DNA of 64,000 nt from assembly GCA_963845515.1 (NCBI GenBank), contig CAWJSR010000031.1:1-64000 (forward strand), in the 5' to 3' direction. A model generated the notes under the pieces. The model was not told where the DNA came from. It ran no database searches and saw only the letters and a list, made by a program, of their open reading frames with translations. Origin of the DNA: an uncultured delta proteobacterium (GTDB lineage Bacteria > Myxococcota > Myxococcia > Myxococcales > Anaeromyxobacteraceae). This document shows, piece by piece, positions 31,807 to 43,328 of this stretch (positions within the stretch are counted from its first letter, which is position 1; the number at the start of each line of letters is the position of its first letter). Made by a program: the position numbers and the translations under genes.

Positions 31807-32956
31807 ATGAACGTTCCGCAGAACCCGGTCCTCGGCCGCATCCGGAAGAACCTCTCCGTCGAGCTGGAGGAGCGCCGCAAGGCGCTCGCCGCGCAGGGGA
31901 AGCGGCTCTTCGACTTCGGCCTCGGCGATCCGAAGGAGCCGACCCCCGCCTTCATCCGCGAGGCGCTGCGCGCCGCGGTCCCGGAGGTCTCGCAGTACCC
32001 GAGCGCCGCGGGGAGCCCGGCGTTCCGCGCCGCGTGCGCCGGCTACGTGAAGCGCCGCTTCGCCGTCCAGCTCGATCCCGAGACCCAGGTCGCCCCGTGC
32101 GCCGGCGCGAAGGAGGCCATCTTCCACCTCCCGCTGGCCTTCGCAGGCGATCCGGCGCGGCGCAAGGTGGTGATGCCGGACCCCGGCTACCCCACCTACG
32201 ACGTGGGGGCCCGGTTCGCCGGGCTCGAGCCGGTGCCGGTCCCGCTCACCGCCCGCAACCGGTTCCTGATCGAGCCGGAGGCGCTGGGCGAGGCGCTCCT
32301 CCGCGAGACGCTGATCTTCTGGGTCTCCTACCCGCACAACCCCACCGGCGCCATCGCGCCGCGCGACTACCTCGAGCGCGTCGGGCGCGCGGCCGTCGAG
32401 CACGGCTTCATCGTCGCCTCGGACGAGTGCTACGCGGACATCTACTTCGGCGAGCCCCCGCCCTCGATGCTGGAGGTCCAGACTCGAGAACGTCATCGCG
32501 ATCCACAGCTGCTCCAAGCGGAGCGGGATGACGGGCTACCGGAGCGGCTTCATGGCGGGCGACCGGGAGCTGGTCGGCGTGCTGAAGAGGCTGCGGAGCC
32601 ATCCCGGGCTCGCGTCGCCGGAGTTCGTGCCGGCGGCTGCGACGGCGGCCTGGAGCGACGACGCCCACGCGGCCGAGCGGCGTGAGATCTTCCGCGCCAA
32701 GAGAGAGCGGTTCCTCCGGTTCTTCTCCGGGCATGGGCTCGTCGCGGACGCGTCGGAGGCCACCCTCTACATCTGGCTGCGCGTGCCGGCGGGACGGACC
32801 GCCTCGGCGTACGCGCTGCGGCTGCTGGAGGAGGGGATCGTGGTCGCGCCGGGGACCGCGTTCGGCGCTGGCGAAGGGTATGTCCGGGTGGCGCTGGTGC
32901 CGACGCTGGACGAGTGTGACGAGGCCATCGCGGCCTGGTCGAGGATCGAGCGATGA
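31807..32956 (+). CDS. dapC: N-succinyldiaminopimelate aminotransferase (class I/II PLP), frameshift near 32487
   Basis: YPHNPTG, SDECYADIY and SCSKRSGMTGYRSG (PLP lysine); in an operon with dapD and dapE. Confidence 0.8.
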
Positions 32957-33778
32957 GCGACTGGGGTGACGTTGAGGCGCGGATCGCGGCCGCCTGGGCG
33001 GATCGCGCGAAGCTGGGCGAGGCGGCCTCCCGGGAGGCGGTGCTGGCTGCCGTCGACGGGCTGGACCGCGGCGAGCTGCGGATCGCCGAGAAGCGTGACG
33101 GCGAGTGGAGGGTCAACGCCTGGCTGATGCAGGCCGTGAACCTCTACTTCGCCGTGACGAGCATGGAGGTCTTCGACTACGGCCCCTTCCAGAGCCGCGA
33201 CAAGATCCCGCTCAAGAAGAACCTGGAGGCCGCCGGGATCCGCGTCCTGCCGGGCGGCATCGCGCGCTACGGCAGCTACCTGGCGCCGGGGGCGGTGCTC
33301 CTGCCCGGCTTCGTCAACATCGGGGCCCGCGTCGGCGCAGGCACGATGGTCGACACGTGGGCCACCGTCGGCTCCTGCGCGCAGGTCGGGGAGAACGTCC
33401 ACCTCGCCGGCGGCGTCGGGATCGGCGGCGTGCTGGAGCCGCCCGGTGCCCGCCCCAACATCATCGAGGACGGCTGCTTCATCGGGAGCCGCTGCATCGT
33501 CGTCGAGGGGACGCTGGTCGAGGAGGAGTCGGTCCTTGGCGCCAACACGGTGATCACCGGCGTCGACCCCCATCATCGACGTGACGGGTCCGAAGGAGGT
33601 CATCTACAAGGGACGCGTCCCGGCCCGCTCCGTGGTCATCCCGGGGACGCGGCCGAAGCAGTACCCGGCAGGCGTCTTCCAGATCCCCTGCGCGCTCATC
33701 GTGGGCAAGCGGACCCCCTCGACCGACAAGAAGGTCTCGCTCAACCAGGCCCTGCGCGACTTCGAGGTGCAGATCTGA
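32953..33778 (+). CDS. dapD: Tetrahydrodipicolinate N-succinyltransferase, frameshift near 33565
   Basis: DKIPLK, FVNIGA, MVDTWATVGSCAQVG and GIGGVLEP. Confidence 0.95.
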
Positions 33779-34986
33779 TGACGCTGTCCCACCCCCGCCC
33801 GGCAGAGCTGGCCGAGTCGCTCGGTGAGCGGGCGGAGGCGCTCTGCGCGACGCCGTCGCCGATCGGCGAGGAGGCTGAGCTCTGCGCAGAGCTGGAGGTC
33901 TGGGCGCGCGCCCTCTTCCCCGCGGTCCAGCGGGTGAAGAGCTCGCTGGTCGTCTGGATCGACGGAGCCCCCCTCGCCCCTTCCCAGGGGACTCACCCTC
34001 TCCCCCGTCGGGGGAGAGGCCCTTCACCTACGGAAAACTCCCCTCTCCCCCACCGGGGGAGAGGGCAGGGTGAGGGGGCCCTCGATCGCCCCCTGCTCGC
34101 CCTCGTCGGCCACGTCGACACCGTCCCCGTCCACGAGCTCGACCGCGGTCGCCAGCCGCGGCGCGAAGGCGGGCGGCTCTACGGTCCCGGCGCCTCGGAC
34201 ATGAAGGGCGGCGTCGCGGTGATGATGGAGCTGGCCGAGCGGCTGCCGCGCGCCGAGCGGTTCTGCGACCTCGTCCTCGTCCTCTACGCGCGCGAGGAGG
34301 GGCCGTTCCTGGAGAACGAGCTGGGGGACGTCCTGCGCGAGGTCCCCGCGCTCTCCCGCGCCGCGCTCGCGATCTGCCCCGAGCCGACCGACAACCTCGT
34401 GCAGCTCGGCTGCCTGGGCTCCATCCACGCGACCTTCACCTTCGCCGGCCGCGCGGCCCACTCCGCCCGCCCGTGGCAGGGAGAGAACGCGATCCACCGG
34501 GCCGGCGCGCTCCTCGCCGAGCTCCACGGCCGGCCGCCGCGCGACGCCAGCTCGGGCGGCCACGTCTTCCGCGAGGTCCTCTCGGCGACGCTGATCGAGG
34601 GCGGCCGCGCCCGGAACGTCGTGCCGGAGCGCTGCGCGCTCAACCTGAACTACCGCTTCGCGCCGGACAAGACGCTCGAGGCGGCCTCGGAGGAGCTGCA
34701 GGCGCTCGCGCGCCGGCACGCCGCCGGGATCGAGCTGGTCGACCTGGCGCCCGCCTGCCCCGCGTACGGGGACCACCCGCTGGTGCAGCGGCTCCTCGAG
34801 CGGACCGGCGTGGGGGCGGAGCCGAAGCAGGCCTGGACCGACGTCGCGCGGCTCGCCGCGCAGGGGATCCCGGCCGTCAACTTCGGCCCGGGCGCGACGA
34901 GCCAGGCGCACCAGCAGGGCGAGTGGATCGACCTCGCCGAGCTGGTGCGCGGCTACGAGCTGTTCGAGAGCTTCTTGCGGGCGTGA
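33778..34986 (+). CDS. dapE: Succinyl-diaminopimelate desuccinylase (M20 family)
   Basis: GHVDTVP, GASDMKGG, REE, HSARPWQGENAI, KQAWTDV and AHQQGE. Confidence 0.92.
   Translation: MTLSHPRPAELAESLGERAEALCATPSPIGEEAELCAELEVWARALFPAVQRVKSSLVVWIDGAPLAPSQGTHPLPRRGRGPSPTENSPLPHRGRGQGEGALDRPLLALVGHVDTVPVHELDRGRQPRREGGRLYGPGASDMKGGVAVMMELAERLPRAERFCDLVLVLYAREEGPFLENELGDVLREVPALSRAALAICPEPTDNLVQLGCLGSIHATFTFAGRAAHSARPWQGENAIHRAGALLAELHGRPPRDASSGGHVFREVLSATLIEGGRARNVVPERCALNLNYRFAPDKTLEAASEELQALARRHAAGIELVDLAPACPAYGDHPLVQRLLERTGVGAEPKQAWTDVARLAAQGIPAVNFGPGATSQAHQQGEWIDLAELVRGYELFESFLRA
33968..34080. repeat. Two REP-like hairpins inserted in frame in dapE
   Basis: CCTCTCCCCCGTCGGGGGAGAGG and CCCTCTCCCCCACCGGGGGAGAGGGCAGGGTGAGGGG; translated as PLPRRGRG..PLPHRGRGQGEG. 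Confidence 0.85.
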
Positions 34987-35011
34987 GCCGCCCCGGGGCG
35001 AGGCAGCGTCC

Positions 35012-36163
35012 TCAGGGAGGGAGCACCGAGTCCCAAGGCTGGTCGTCGAGCATGGCCTGGAGCCAGGCGTCGAGGGCGGTCGCGCCGGTGACGTGCGTGG
35101 CGACGTAGGACCCTGCGCCGCAGACCCCCACGGGCGTCAGCAGCATGTGGCCGCCGCCGTCGTCGTAGAAGGCCCTCGCGTTGCCCGTGGAGCGGAGGAC
35201 GTCGCTCTCCAGCTGGCGGACATCGGTCTCGAACTGGGTCCCCGTGTCGAGCATGAAGGGGCCCATCACCGTGTCCTGGGTGTACGAGACGAGCGCGAGC
35301 CGATCGTCCGGGTGCATCTCCGAGAGCTCGGTGAAGGCCATCGAGAAGTCGTACCGGCAGTCGAGGCAGAAGGGGTCCGTCGCGACGCCCAGCCGCCAGT
35401 TGGCGAACCAGGCCTGGCGGAAGTCGGCGGGGACGTCGTTCGCCACGAGGGCGGGGCCTGAGTCGTCGATCAGGTAGCCCCGGGCGTCCGGCCAGTACCA
35501 GCGGAAGGCCTCGTAGTTGACGAGCGCGCCGAAGCCTCCGGCCGAGGAGCCGGCGACGACGACCTTCCCCGGGTTGGGGAACGTGGCGCCGAGCCGCTTC
35601 AGGTAGGCCATCACGTTGGCGTGCCCCTTGTGGCGCCACGTGATGACGTCTGGCCAGACACCGTACTCGACCACGTTGTCGCCGCCGTGGACGTCGCCCG
35701 TGCAGTACGGGACGAAGACTATGGTCGCGCCGGCGAGCGACGGCGGCAGGAGGGCGCGGTCCGTGAGCGAGCAGGGGATGTAGTCCCGCGCCTCGACCTG
35801 GAACTTCGCCGAGTCGTAGCCCCGGTCCACGGCGGCTCCGGCGGCGCAGGTCGCGTAGTTCCAGCATGCCCCGCCGCCGTCGAAGAAGACGAGCAGATCG
35901 TCGGTTCCGCCGTCGGCGGGCGGGAGCCAGTCCACGGCGAGGCCGGTGGTCGATCCGTTGCCGCAGGTCGAGTCCGGGAACGGTATCCAGCGCCAGTTGG
36001 AGGGTGCTCCGTCGACGTCCAGGGGCGCGAAGTCGGCCAGGACGATGGGCGCTCCGAGCGGCGGCTTGCCCGCGTAGCCCTTCTTCGACACGGGCGTCGT
36101 GTTCGGAGCACAGCCAGCGGCGGTGGCTATCAGAACGACCCCAGCCAAGTGCGCGTACTTCAT
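35012..36163 (-). CDS. Pectinacetylesterase-family lipoprotein
   Basis: AAGC lipobox; FFDGGGACW, VPYCTGDVHGG, GSSAGG and DDSG. Confidence 0.85.
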   Translation of the reverse strand: MKYAHLAGVVLIATAAGCAPNTTPVSKKGYAGKPPLGAPIVLADFAPLDVDGAPSNWRWIPFPDSTCGNGSTTGLAVDWLPPADGGTDDLLVFFDGGGACWNYATCAAGAAVDRGYDSAKFQVEARDYIPCSLTDRALLPPSLAGATIVFVPYCTGDVHGGDNVVEYGVWPDVITWRHKGHANVMAYLKRLGATFPNPGKVVVAGSSAGGFGALVNYEAFRWYWPDARGYLIDDSGPALVANDVPADFRQAWFANWRLGVATDPFCLDCRYDFSMAFTELSEMHPDDRLALVSYTQDTVMGPFMLDTGTQFETDVRQLESDVLRSTGNARAFYDDGGGHMLLTPVGVCGAGSYVATHVTGATALDAWLQAMLDDQPWDSVLPP

Positions 36164-36283
36164 GCGGTTGGATCTCCTCGTGGACGGCTCGACCTCGCGA
36201 CCTGCGCGGGAGATGCAAGAGCGCGCCCGCCTACCTTCACACACAGTCGGGTAGGGGCGTTCCCCCGCCAGAGGGGCGAGCCT

Positions 36284-36816
36284 ATGATCCGATCGTGCTC
36301 CCCGTCGCGCTCGCCCTGGCGCTCGCCGCCGCCCCCTTCGTCGAAGGCGCCGAACCCGACGACTCCTCCGAGGTCGGTGAGTCCTGGGACGTCATCGAGC
36401 AGGAGCCGCGGGTGGACCTGACGCTCTGGGGCGGCCAGGCGTGGATCGGTGGAACGAGCGGCACGCGCTCCGAGGCCTACGCCGCCGAGGCGACCTGGCG
36501 CTTCGATCAGCTGGACCTCGGGGTCTCCGGGGGCTTCTACGAGCTGCGGAACGAGTCCACCAGCGGAGAGCTCGAGAGCTACTTCGCGCCGGTCTACCTG
36601 CTCCGCCTCGGGCAGCGCTTCGAGACGCGCAACGGGCTCCTCGCCAGCTTCACGTTCGGAGCCGGAGCGGCGAAGACGTCGACCTGGCGCTCGTGGTTCC
36701 AGGTGGCGCTCGGTGCGCGCGCCACCTTCGGCCCCGCGTTCGTCGGGGGAGAGCTCTCCTTCGAGAGCGACGAGCTCCTGCGCCTCGCCCTGGGCATAGG
36801 GGTCAGCCTCTTCTGA
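36284..36816 (+). CDS. Small outer-membrane beta-barrel-like protein (frameshift at the 5' end)
   Basis: Signal peptide, alternating amphipathic strands and C-terminal GIGVSLF. Confidence 0.55.
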
Positions 36817-36842
36817 CCGCGCGCCGGCGCGGCTAGTGATCA

Positions 36843-37787
36843 GTGACCGAGATCCTCCTCATAGCGCTGCTGGTGCTCCTGCTCCCAGCGCTCTTCCTGC
36901 CCGACATCGCGAGGTCGACCGTCTCCGACCTCATCCTGCCTCCGGCGCTGGGGAGGCCCGGCGTCGTGTGGGTCTTCGGCCGCGTCGTGACGGAGAGCGT
37001 CGAGCGCGGTCCGCGCGCAGTCCGGGCGCTGCTCCGGCTGGCCGCGCGCAACTGGATCGGAGCGCCGGTGACGGTCCGCTTCCGGGGAAGGACCGCCAGC
37101 GCGGTGACCGGCCACGACGGCCAGTTCGAGGTGGAGCTGGCGGCGGGCGAGGCAGGGCCGTTCGAGCCGGGCTGGCACGTCGTGGAGGTCGAGGCCCCCG
37201 GGGTGAGCGGCTCCGGCGCCGTCTTCGTCGTGCCCGACGAGGCCCCCTTCATCGTCGTCTCGGACTTCGACGACACGCTCGCCGTGAGCCACGTGACGAG
37301 CAGGTACCGGCTCATCGCCACGACCTTCTTCGAGGATGGCGAGACGCACCCCCCGGTCGACGGGATGCCGGACCTCTATCGCTGCCTCACGTCGCGGCAC
37401 CCCGTCCCCCCGGCGTTCGCGGTCGTCACCGGCTGGCCCATCCAGTTCGCGCCGCGCCTGGTCCGCTTCCTGGCGAAGAACGGCTTCCCGCCGATGGCGC
37501 TCTTCCTGCGCAACCTCGGCCGCTCCACCCTCTCCGGCTACAAGGAGCCGGTCCTGCGCCGCCTGGTCGAGCGCTTTCCCCACCCGCTCGTCCTCGTCGG
37601 CGACTCGGGGGAGCGCGACCCGGAGATCTACGCGGCGCTCGCGCGCGAGAGCCCCGGGCGCGTCCTCCGGATCTACATCCGCGAGGCGGACGAGGTCGGG
37701 CCCGCGGCTCGCTTCCAGGGGATGCTCCTCTTCTCCGATCCGCAGGACGCCGTGCGCGACGCGAGGGAGCTGGGGCTCGGCGGCTGA
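36843..37787 (+). CDS. App1-family phosphatidate phosphatase (HAD-like)
   Basis: VSDFDDT, VLVGDSGERDPEIY and RIYIR. Confidence 0.85.
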   Translation: MTEILLIALLVLLLPALFLPDIARSTVSDLILPPALGRPGVVWVFGRVVTESVERGPRAVRALLRLAARNWIGAPVTVRFRGRTASAVTGHDGQFEVELAAGEAGPFEPGWHVVEVEAPGVSGSGAVFVVPDEAPFIVVSDFDDTLAVSHVTSRYRLIATTFFEDGETHPPVDGMPDLYRCLTSRHPVPPAFAVVTGWPIQFAPRLVRFLAKNGFPPMALFLRNLGRSTLSGYKEPVLRRLVERFPHPLVLVGDSGERDPEIYAALARESPGRVLRIYIREADEVGPAARFQGMLLFSDPQDAVRDARELGLGG

Positions 37788-37945
37788 GGGGCGAGGGTGG
37801 CCGCGGGGGCGCGACGTTTAGCCGCTGCATCGTCGGCGGGCGTCGCGGCTCGAACCCCCGGGGGCCCTGTCGCCAAGCGCGGGTTCCTCCACCACCCTGG
37901 AGCGGGCGCGCGAAGGACGGGCGTTCCGCGGAGAGACGATACGCC

Positions 37946-38830
37946 ATGAAGATCAAGCACCTGGTCGCGATGATCGCCGCGCTGGCCGCCGGCGCAGCGG
38001 GCGCCGCAGACGCGGCGATGAAGCCCTTCGTCCTCGCCCAGCGCGCGAGCGGCGAGCCCTCCGCCGTGGTCGCCGACGTCAAGGCGAAGCTGGGACAGGC
38101 AGGCTTCCGGGTCGTGGGAGCGTACTCGCCCTACGCGGGCGCCACGGTCCTCGCGATCACGAACGACGACCTGCTCGCGGCAGCCGCGAAGAACCGCTTC
38201 GGCGCCTACGGGGCGGTCCAGCGCGTGACGGTCACGAAGGTCGGCGACGAGGTCCAGGTGGCGTTCACCAACCCCGCCTACATGCAGCAGGGCTACCGGA
38301 TGGCGGGAGACCTCTCCGCCGTCGCGCAGAAGCTCCAGGCGTCCCTCGGCAGGATCGAGGAGTACGGCCCCAAGGACGGCAAGACGCCCGGGCAGCTCCG
38401 CAAGTACCACTACATGCTCGGGATGCAGTACTTCGACGAGCCGAGCGAGCTCGGGAAGTTCGGGAGCCAGGCCGAGGCGGTGGCCGCCGTCGAGGCAGGG
38501 CTCGCCGAGAAGCGCGGCGGCGCGTCGAAGGTCTATCGCGTCGACGTGCCCGGCGCGGACGAGACGGTCTTCGGCGTCGCCCTGACGCAGGGCTGCGGCG
38601 GCGACGGGTTCGTCATGAAGGAGATCGACTTCAAGCCGCTGCGGTCCACGGGCCACCTCCCCTACGAGGTCGTCGTCTCCAAGGGTGAGGTCTTCGCGCT
38701 CCACGCCCGCTTCCGGATCGCGGTGAACTTCCCCGACCTCTCGATGATGGGCGACAACAGCTTCATGAAGATCAAGTGCGCGCCCGGCGCGATCGAGACG
38801 TCACTGGAGCAGGTCGTCGGCAAGAAGTAG
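37946..38830 (+). CDS. Exported protein of unknown function
   Basis: GGAGAG RBS, signal peptide and coding-like codon bias; notable LRKYHYMLGMQYF and FPDLSMMG segments. Confidence 0.7.
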   Translation: MKIKHLVAMIAALAAGAAGAADAAMKPFVLAQRASGEPSAVVADVKAKLGQAGFRVVGAYSPYAGATVLAITNDDLLAAAAKNRFGAYGAVQRVTVTKVGDEVQVAFTNPAYMQQGYRMAGDLSAVAQKLQASLGRIEEYGPKDGKTPGQLRKYHYMLGMQYFDEPSELGKFGSQAEAVAAVEAGLAEKRGGASKVYRVDVPGADETVFGVALTQGCGGDGFVMKEIDFKPLRSTGHLPYEVVVSKGEVFALHARFRIAVNFPDLSMMGDNSFMKIKCAPGAIETSLEQVVGKK

Positions 38831-38911
38831 CAGGCGGGAGGGCGCGCCGCGGCCGGTGGAGCATCCCTCACCGGCCGCGCTGCGCCACCCTCGCGGAGGA
38901 GGGGCCGCAGG

Positions 38912-41900
38912 CTACGAGGGGGAGCCCTGCAGCGGTCGGTCGCGGCCGAGCGCGGGGAGGAGCCCACCCGCAGCGCGCGTCCCGTCCGCCGGCGCGTGGC
39001 TCCGCCGCTCGCGGTGGCGCGCGTGCACCTCGAACGCGAAGGCGTCCAGCAGCTGCGGATCCGGCGGCTCGCCGTTCAGGTTGAGCGTCAGCGAGAGGAG
39101 CCCTTCATGCTCGGCGGCGTGGTGGAGCTGCGCCTCCGCCAGCTTGTTGGGCATGCACTCCAGCGGACCCGTGGAGATGACGGCGTCTATCTCCCCCTGC
39201 CGCCAGGCGTGGAGGGCCGTCCCCAGCGTGAGGATCGCCTCGCCCCGCAGCGCCTCGCGCAGGTACCCGGAGCCCACGCGCACCGCGTCGGCCACGCGCG
39301 GCGACGCCGCCCAGCCCATCGGGCCCGCGGCCGCCCCGTGACACGCCTCCAGGATGCGGTTGCGGACCCAGCCCTCCAGCGCGTGGGCGACGCCCCTCTT
39401 CGCTCCTCCCAGGAAGAACGAGTAGTAGAGGAACTCGGTCATCGGGACGACGCGCGCGCGCAGGCCGCGCCGGTGCAGCGCGCCGACCAGATCGCCCGTG
39501 CAGAAGGGATCGTTCCGGACGTAGATCTCGCCGGTGATCTGGACGCGCGGCAGGTCGCGCGCGCCGCGGAGCCGGGCGAAGTCCCTGGCGGTCCGGCGAA
39601 GCAGCTCGGGGATGCCCCAGAGGCGGCCGGTGGCCGTCTCGACGAGGACCCTCCGCAGGGCCAGCTCCCCCTTCACCTCACGCTCGACCCGCGCCGCCAG
39701 CTCCGCGGCCGCCTGCGCGAGGAGCGCGTCCGAGGCTCCCGGATGCGTCTCGAGCGGACGGACGTCGCCGTGCAGATCGCGCAGCAGGTCGCTGGCGACG
39801 AGCCCCGAGAGGACGAGGGCGCCGAAGCCCGGCGGGACTCCCTGGAAGTAGTTGCTGAAGGGCGGAGACCAGATCCGGACCCGCTCGGAGAGCCCGAGCC
39901 GCTCGAGGACGATCTGGTGAAGCTCCTTGTACGCGCCGAACCGGCACGGACCGTCGGCGGAGGGCATGAAGAAGGTGAAGCGGTCCTGCTCGCTCCCGGC
40001 CCGCTCGACCCGCTCCAGGAGGCTGCCGAGCGTCACCGCGAGCGGCAGGCACTCCTTGCCCGAGGTGTGGCGACGCCCGGCGCGCAGGGTCTCCGAGGTC
40101 GGCTCGGGGAGCGCCTCGGCCGGCACTCCGACGCCGCGCGCCGCCGCGGCCAGCACCTCCGCCCCCGAGCCCATCCGGGGGACGAGGAGGATCTCGCCGC
40201 TCTCACGCAGGTCGGCGAAGGTGCGGCTGGTGACCGTGAGCCGCGCGGCGTCGATTGGCGGGCGGAGGCGGGCCGCAGCCGGCCCCTGCCGGTCCTCGCG
40301 GACGCAGTGGAGGAAGGCCTCGACCCGTGTCCGGGTCCCGGCGTCGCCCGCGTGGCCGTCGGTCTCGATGACCGCGAAGGGCTTCCCCTCCATGAGCCGG
40401 CTCGCGAAGGGCAGCGTGAAGCTGTCGGGGCCGCAGGAGTAGTTGGAGGCGAAGATGGCGTAGACGCCCGGCGTCCGCCGGATCTGCCACGCGGCCCGCA
40501 TGATCCGCTGCCCGTGCCCCCAGAACATGTTCGGGAAGATCGGCGCGTCCGCCGGCACCGGGAGGCAGTCGGCCGGGATCGCGACCGCCCCCTGCTCGCG
40601 CAGGATCGCCGGGAGGTTGGAGTTGAGGACCCCGTTGTGGATCGTGTACGTGCGCCCCAGGACCACCACCGGGAGGAGCCCGTCGCGCTCGCAGCGCTCC
40701 AGCGCGGCGCGGCCCAGCTCCAGCAGCCGCTCGTCGAAGGCCGCCTGCGCCGCGAGGCCAGCGCGGAACGCGCGCCGGAAGCCGTCGCCGCCGCCCACCC
40801 CGACCTCCTTCGCGAGCCGCGCGCAGGAGCGCTCGAAGATCTCGGAGTCGAGCCCGCCGGGCCCCACGTCCATGACCGGGGAGACGAGCCTCGCGGCGAC
40901 CGCCGGCCCGAGGTCCCGGCGCAGGACGTCGGGCGCCCCCTGCACGATCGGGCAGAGCTGTGAGGCGCGCTCGCCGCCCACGCGCGGCAGCTCGCGGAGC
41001 ATCGGCGCGAAGACGAAGTCGGTGGCGGCGTCGGCCATCGCCGCGACGAGGCCGTGGTACTGCTGCATGGGCGCGCAGAACGGGACGTTGGCCGCCTCGA
41101 TGCCCCGCTTGAGCGCCGTCCGGTCCGCGCCGCGGAAGATCGCGAGGTCGAGCCCGAGGCCGTGCAGGAACGTGGCGAAGAAGGGGAGGTGCCCCTTCAG
41201 CGTCAGCTCGTCGGTCAGCGCGACGGTCCGGTTGCCGCGCCGCTCGCCGAGGCGGGCGGAGAGCTCCGCCACCCACTCCTCGCGCTCGCGGAACGGATCC
41301 GGCGCCCGATCCGGCAGCTTCTGCCGGCGCGTGCCCGAGTCGTAGAGCGAGCAGCCGCCGCCCCAGGTGAAGCGCCGCCGCTCGCCCCCGACCAGGGTGG
41401 TGAGCCGGTCGATCCGGCACTTGTTGCCGCCGCCGCCGCAGCCGGAGGTGGCGCCGCAGACGAAGCCGTCCTTCTTCTCCAGCCGCGCCTCCAGGAAGCG
41501 GCGCGCGTCCAGCGGCTCGGCGCGCTCCCACGCGAGCCCGTCGGACGCGAGCAGCGCGATCCCCAGCGCGCCGACGGTGCCGGGGCTGGGCGGGACGATC
41601 ACCTCGGCGCCGGTCTGGCGCGCGACGGCGGCCGCCAGCGCGTCGGCCGAGAAGGGCATCCCCTGGCAGAAGACGACGTCCCCGACCGAGCGGCTCCCCT
41701 TCACCCGGTTCAGGTAGTTGGAGATGACCGAGTCGTAGAGCCCGGCGACGATCCGCGCGCGCGGCGCGCCCGCCGCCACCGCCTCGTCGATCACCTCTGC
41801 CATGAAGATGGAGCAGTGCTGGCCGAGCGCCACCGCGCCGTCCGCCCGGATCGCGACCCCTGCCGAGCTCCTCGACGCTCGACAGCCCCTCGAAGCGCCG

Positions 41901-43259
41901 CCCCTGCTCCTCGATGAAGGAGCCGGTGCCCGCGCTGCACGCCTCGTTCATCGCGGCGTCGACGACCCGGCCGGCGTCGAGCCGGATGTACTTGGCGTCC
42001 TGCCCGCCGATCTCGAAGATCGTGTCGACGCGCGGGTCGTGGTGGAGCGCGCCGCGGGCGTGGGCCGCGATCTCGTTGAGCACGAAGACGGCGTCAGCCC
42101 CGTAGCAGGTGGCGAGGAGCGAGCCGACTATCTCCCGCCCGCTCCCGGTGGCGCCGAAGCCGGCGAGCGGGCTCTCGCCGGCGGGGCCGTCGAGGAACTG
42201 GCGCACGAGCGCCTGCGCGGCGCCGACGGGGTCGCCGCCGGTGCGGCGCCACGCCTCCCAGCGCGGCTCGCCGCTCGCGGCGTCGAGCGCGACGGCCTTC
42301 GCGCCGGTCGAGCCGATGTCCAGCCCGAGGAGGACCGTCCGCGGTCCGGAGCCGAGCGGCTTCGGAGGCGGCGCCGTGAGGCGGCGCACGCGGGACAGCG
42401 CCGACCGGAGCGGCGGCAGCAGCTCCAGCCTCCCCTCGGGGGCGGGGTGGAGGAGCCGGTCGAGATCGGGAGGATGGCCGCCGCGCGCGGCCGCGTGGAC
42501 GGCGCAGCCGGCCGCCTCGAGGAAGAGCGCGTCCTCCAGCTCGACGTCCAGCAGCGTCATGCCGTTGCGTGCGCAGAAGGCGCGCACGTGCTCGCGCACC
42601 CGGCGCGACCGTGCCACGCCGCCGGTGAAGATGACCCGCGGCGGCGAGCGGAGCGGCTTCACCAACGCCTCGACGTTCTCGGCGATGGCGTCGAGCAGCC
42701 CCGCCAGGATCCGGTCCGGCGCCTCGCCCTTGTTGGCGAGGTGTGTCATGTCGGTCTTCAGGATGACCGGGCAGCGGCCGGAGAGGGGCGCCGGGTCTGG
42801 CACGCCGTCGGCGAGCCGCGCGGCCTCCTCGACCGATAGGCCGAAGCGGTCGACCAGCTGCCGGAGGAAGTTGCCGGTCCCCTGGGCGCAGCGCGAGTTC
42901 TCGCGCTGCACCGCCGGGCGGTTGGCGTGCAGCTCCAGGACGGAGAAGCCCCGGCTGCCGACGTTCACGATGGTGGCTGGCTCGTCGCCGAAGAGGAGCC
43001 GGTGACCGGCCTGCTGGGCCTGCTTCACCGGCAGGCGCGGCAGCGCCGCGAGCCTGGCGAGCCGCCCCGTCACCGCCGCCGAGTCGACGCCGTCCCAGTC
43101 CCAGGCGCGCAGCAGCTCGATGAGCTTGGCCGCGGGCTCCTTGCCGTGATCGACCACCTGGCGGCGGACGATCGTGAGCGCCCCTCCGGAGCGGTCGTCG
43201 ACCGCCTCCACGAGCTTGAGAGTCTCTGCGCCGATGTCGATCCCTACGTAGCGAGCCAT
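38912..43259 (-). CDS. 2-hydroxyacyl-CoA dehydratase activase-type multidomain protein (2x BadF/G ATPase + DUF2229-like), frameshift near 41855
   Basis: GIDIGAET, NSRCAQGTG, SGRCPV, GLDIGSTG, IGGQDAK, MNEACSAGTG, NYSCGPDSF and GPCRFG. Confidence 0.88.
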
Positions 43260-43328
43260 TCTGGACCTCATGGAACACCATTCCCGGGAAGAATGGGAAA
43301 GGACGTGCGTAAGGAGGGGCCTTGACGG

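Noticed and set aside
32953..34986. Apparent DapD-DapE fusion (677 aa)
   Set aside because: Caused by an indel near 33565; the true DapD C-terminus is in ORF 33581..33778, ending with a TGATG overlap.
38912..43259. Activase as the missing benzoyl-CoA reductase (BcrAD/BadFG) of the hcr cluster
   Set aside because: It has single-chain double-activase/DUF2229-like architecture and lies on the other side of the probable chimeric junction.
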